64,000 bases of DNA, taken from Porphyridium purpureum. Its lineage: Eukaryota. Of this stretch, positions 60,875 through 64,000 are shown in pieces. The stretch lies in the NCBI GenBank assembly GCA_008690995.1, contig VRMN01000003.1, positions 1,736,001-1,800,000 of the forward strand, written 5' to 3'. The translations under genes and the position numbers were made by a program. The stretch's first letter is position 1. Each line of letters opens with the position of its first letter. A model generated the notes under the pieces. The model did no database searches, was not told the origin of the DNA, and worked only from the letters and a program-made list of their open reading frames with translations.

Positions 60875-61847
60875 CTTGCTCCACTCACCAATTCCCTGTC
60901 CACTCCTGGTCCTCCCGTCTGTTTCTCTCCACCTTCTCTCCACCTTCTCTCCTGTTCACCACGATCAGCCTGCGCATTCGTTCTGTCGCCTAACTTTCAC
61001 AGTACCGCATTTGTGTTCTGCCAAACTGTACTTCCCCAAAACCCTACTCATTCTGGAGCTACTTACACGTCCGATGTGATCTTTGGCGCAGTGTAAGGAA
61101 CGTCGAAACTGTGGCTCCGAACGTGCGACCCTGGCACGATTTTTGTCGTAGAAACTATAAATAAGACGGGAGCGAGCGCGGGCGTCGTCATGTGCCAACT
61201 CGCACATGGCGCAACCCTCGGCGGGCGTGGGAGGGAGGGATACAAGTACAGTGTGAGGAGAACGTAGGTACAGTAAATGCATGGACTCATCAAATTCGCT
61301 TTTGTGGAACGCCGGACAATCACAAGCATCACGATGATGATGTAGATGTAAATGGTGTCATATTCTGTGGATGTGGGAGTTGCATGTGAATGAGGCCTTT
61401 TGTATAGTAAAAGGGCACTGGGAGAATCGATGCCGCGTGTAATTAACTGCGGAAGGGGTTGGTTTGGCGGGCTGATGGGTTGATCGGGAAGAAAGGAGGG
61501 GACGAGAGCGAGGGAAAGCGTGCGAGAGGGTCAGGGACGGGGAGGGAGAGGAAGAGGGAGAGGGAGAGGGCGAGGGCGAGATAGGGGGGTTGGTTGAGGT
61601 GAGACGTCACAGGGGCTTGGATGGGATCAGGGACTGGCGCGTGATTGCGGTGGTGGGGTGTGTGTGTGTGTATGTGTGTGGTGTGGTGTGGAACGACGCG
61701 GGGGGAAAGATAGCGGCGCGCGTGTTTTAGGAACGTGGTGGACGGTCGTCCGAGCGTGTTCTCGCCTGCTGCATGCGCGGCGGAGTGGGGCGTGTGAGCG
61801 GCCGTGTGTGAGGGCAGAGGACGTGGGTGTCTGGTGGGGACGGGGAA

Positions 61848-63683
61848 ATGGAGAAGAAGAAGAGGTCGACCGGGCCGATGGGTGGCCTCGGTGGGTTGAT
61901 GATGCGCGTCGGTTCCGAGCGGCGGCGAAACGCGGCATCCGCGGCCACGGCAGGAGGCTTGCAGCCGTCGGCGTCCTTGCCAGCAAGGGAAATGAGTGCC
62001 GCGCGCAGCAGGACGTCCAAGGTTAAGGGCGCCAAGAGCGCGTCGCAGCTGCCGCGCGATAACACTGGCTCGCCTCCGCATTCGTCGGCCCATGATACAC
62101 CTTCCGGTTCGGTTGCCAACCCGCAAAAGTACGACGGCGGCACTCACAGCCCGTACTCGGGCAGTGTTGCATCGCATGTCTACTACGCGGATGGCGATTT
62201 TACGACCGGACGCACGCAAACAGGTGAGTCATCGCTAGACTTGGACTTGACCTTTTTCGGGAACGTACATATTAGCGCGCAACACGATGGCTCGGCGGCC
62301 GCGGCTGTAGCGGCGGGATACGATCCTTCATGGCTGGTTGAAGATGAGGCAGTACTTTTTGGGCAGCAGGAAGGCAGCTCTGCGAAACACATCGCGACAC
62401 ACGTGCGACCAGATCATTCTGTTGTACTCTGGGACGAGCTGCCACACATTGGCTCTTTTCCTGTTAAGGCTGAGGGCACACCCGTGACCAGCCATGTGAT
62501 GTCATCGGAAGATAACAGCTGCGACTTGAAGCAGTATCGACCGGCGTCCGGGAAGGCAGCGTTCCGTTCCACCGCAGCGTCCTCGCAGTCATTCCCGAAC
62601 ACCCCATCGAGATACACCATTCCCAACAGCAGCGTCCAATTCAACAATACCTTCATGACGCCACACACGAGCAGCTTTGCCACCGACTCGTCTGTCATCA
62701 GCAGTGGCGTGGCCCTGAGCAACAACGGCGAGATTGACACGCAGCGCACAAACAGCGGTCTCGCAGACACCGCAGCAGGCACAGGCAGTTTGGCGGACAA
62801 CAAGCGCTTGTCCAAGCTGTTGCGTTTGGAGCGACGGCGCAAGCTGAACGAGACGCGAGAGCGCAATAGTGTCGGAAGCAAGGCACATTCGGAAAAATCG
62901 CTTGACCTCTCTGTAGCCAAAAGCACCATGGCCGCACTGAGGGATTTTACCAGCACTCCGTCTTCCTCTGGACTCGGCAACTCACGCTCCAAGAACTTGA
63001 CCGAAGAGGATCGGCAACTCATGCTGTACAACCGGCGAATCCGAAATCGAGAGAGCGCTGTGCGTTCGCGAGACCGACAGCGGAAGCGTCTGCAACCGCT
63101 GAGCGATGACATGGACATCCACCTGCACCGCATGATGGCGCTGCTGGATGGGTACCAACGTCTGCTCGAGGAGCTTGCTCTTCTCGAATGGGAAAGAGCC
63201 ACGCTGATTGTTGAGTGCAACCCTGGTATGTCCGCCCAGCAAATTGTGAAGCATGCAAACTTGCCCAATCGACGATGCAGTTTTGGCTCGGGACTCATGT
63301 CGATCGGTGGGAGCTCATCGCGAAGTTCAGGGCGCATGGAGACGGAGGAGACAGCGAAAAACGCCTCTCGCATGGTGAGTCTACGTGGTCGTATGATGCG
63401 GCGTAGCCAGATCAGCCGGGGCTCGGAATCTCCCGGTCAGATGTCGTTGGGCCCAGACTTTCGTCCGCTAGGCTCAAGCTCACACCCATCGATGGGATCA
63501 AATTTTGCCATGAGCATCAAGGACGCGTCTGGACTGAATTGGAATTGGACACCACCCGCCTCGATGCATTCTCCGAACAGCCATGGCGGCGGAGCTGGGA
63601 ATCATCTTGCAGCCTCACTTGTGGGCACAGGCGGATCGAAGAAATTTGGCGCCGGGAAGCGCGTGGACATTCACATGGAATAA
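61848..63683 (+). CDS. bZIP transcription factor
   Basis: NRRIRNRESAVRSRDRQRKRL basic region (N-x7-R) followed by a hydrophobic heptad zipper; the remainder is Ser-rich low complexity. Confidence 0.8.
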   Translation: MEKKKRSTGPMGGLGGLMMRVGSERRRNAASAATAGGLQPSASLPAREMSAARSRTSKVKGAKSASQLPRDNTGSPPHSSAHDTPSGSVANPQKYDGGTHSPYSGSVASHVYYADGDFTTGRTQTGESSLDLDLTFFGNVHISAQHDGSAAAAVAAGYDPSWLVEDEAVLFGQQEGSSAKHIATHVRPDHSVVLWDELPHIGSFPVKAEGTPVTSHVMSSEDNSCDLKQYRPASGKAAFRSTAASSQSFPNTPSRYTIPNSSVQFNNTFMTPHTSSFATDSSVISSGVALSNNGEIDTQRTNSGLADTAAGTGSLADNKRLSKLLRLERRRKLNETRERNSVGSKAHSEKSLDLSVAKSTMAALRDFTSTPSSSGLGNSRSKNLTEEDRQLMLYNRRIRNRESAVRSRDRQRKRLQPLSDDMDIHLHRMMALLDGYQRLLEELALLEWERATLIVECNPGMSAQQIVKHANLPNRRCSFGSGLMSIGGSSSRSSGRMETEETAKNASRMVSLRGRMMRRSQISRGSESPGQMSLGPDFRPLGSSSHPSMGSNFAMSIKDASGLNWNWTPPASMHSPNSHGGGAGNHLAASLVGTGGSKKFGAGKRVDIHME

Positions 63684-64000
63684 TTATAGAGTTTCCACAT
63701 TCTAACTAATAGTTGTACTAGCACACTCGGCACTTCGATCGGGGATGGTTTTTCAAAATTGGATTTTTCTTGCATGAAACACAAAGGAATCAGATGTTGC
63801 CAAACTTGGCTGCCCTTGCGGCGCTACTTGCACTCCTTGCGCTCTGCGCCCGCGGGAAACTCGTGTGGGCTTCCTCCGAGCGCGTCTCATGGAAGCGCGA
63901 GTCCGTGGGAAAGCCAATCGACGCGTTGGTGCCATTCTCTTCCTCGTCCTCTTTGAGTGCTGGGGTGATTGTCCTATCCGACTTGGGAATTGCGGCCGGA

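Overview
Gene-dense, intron-poor eukaryotic nuclear DNA, most likely from a unicellular red alga such as Porphyridium. This is inferred from the compact, mostly single-exon genes, the plastid transit peptides starting MAF, and GT-AG introns with TACTAAC/CTAAC branch points. About 30 protein genes are supportable. Housekeeping and regulatory genes: a partial STE20/PAK-like kinase, AFG1 ATPase, a histidine phosphatase, RGP1, DOA10/MARCH6, NOL10, DDM1/HELLS, class II fumarase, ALG1, DRE2, RPN11, RNR1, a TMEM62-like protein, UTP14, a TraB-domain protein and a bZIP factor. Glycan enzymes: GT4, GT90, GT61, a GT92-like protein and a CE2-like esterase. Three spliced genes that the ORF track misses or fragments were reconstructed by hand: fumarase, a 96-aa single-helix thylakoid protein, and a bacterial YjgH-type Rid protein with two introns. 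Three ORF-poor intervals contain heavily decayed Ty1/copia-like remnants. A GTAC[AT]GT motif forms tight clusters in many intergenic regions. No rRNA, tRNA or CRISPR array was seen. All family assignments come from motif recognition by eye, not from database searches.
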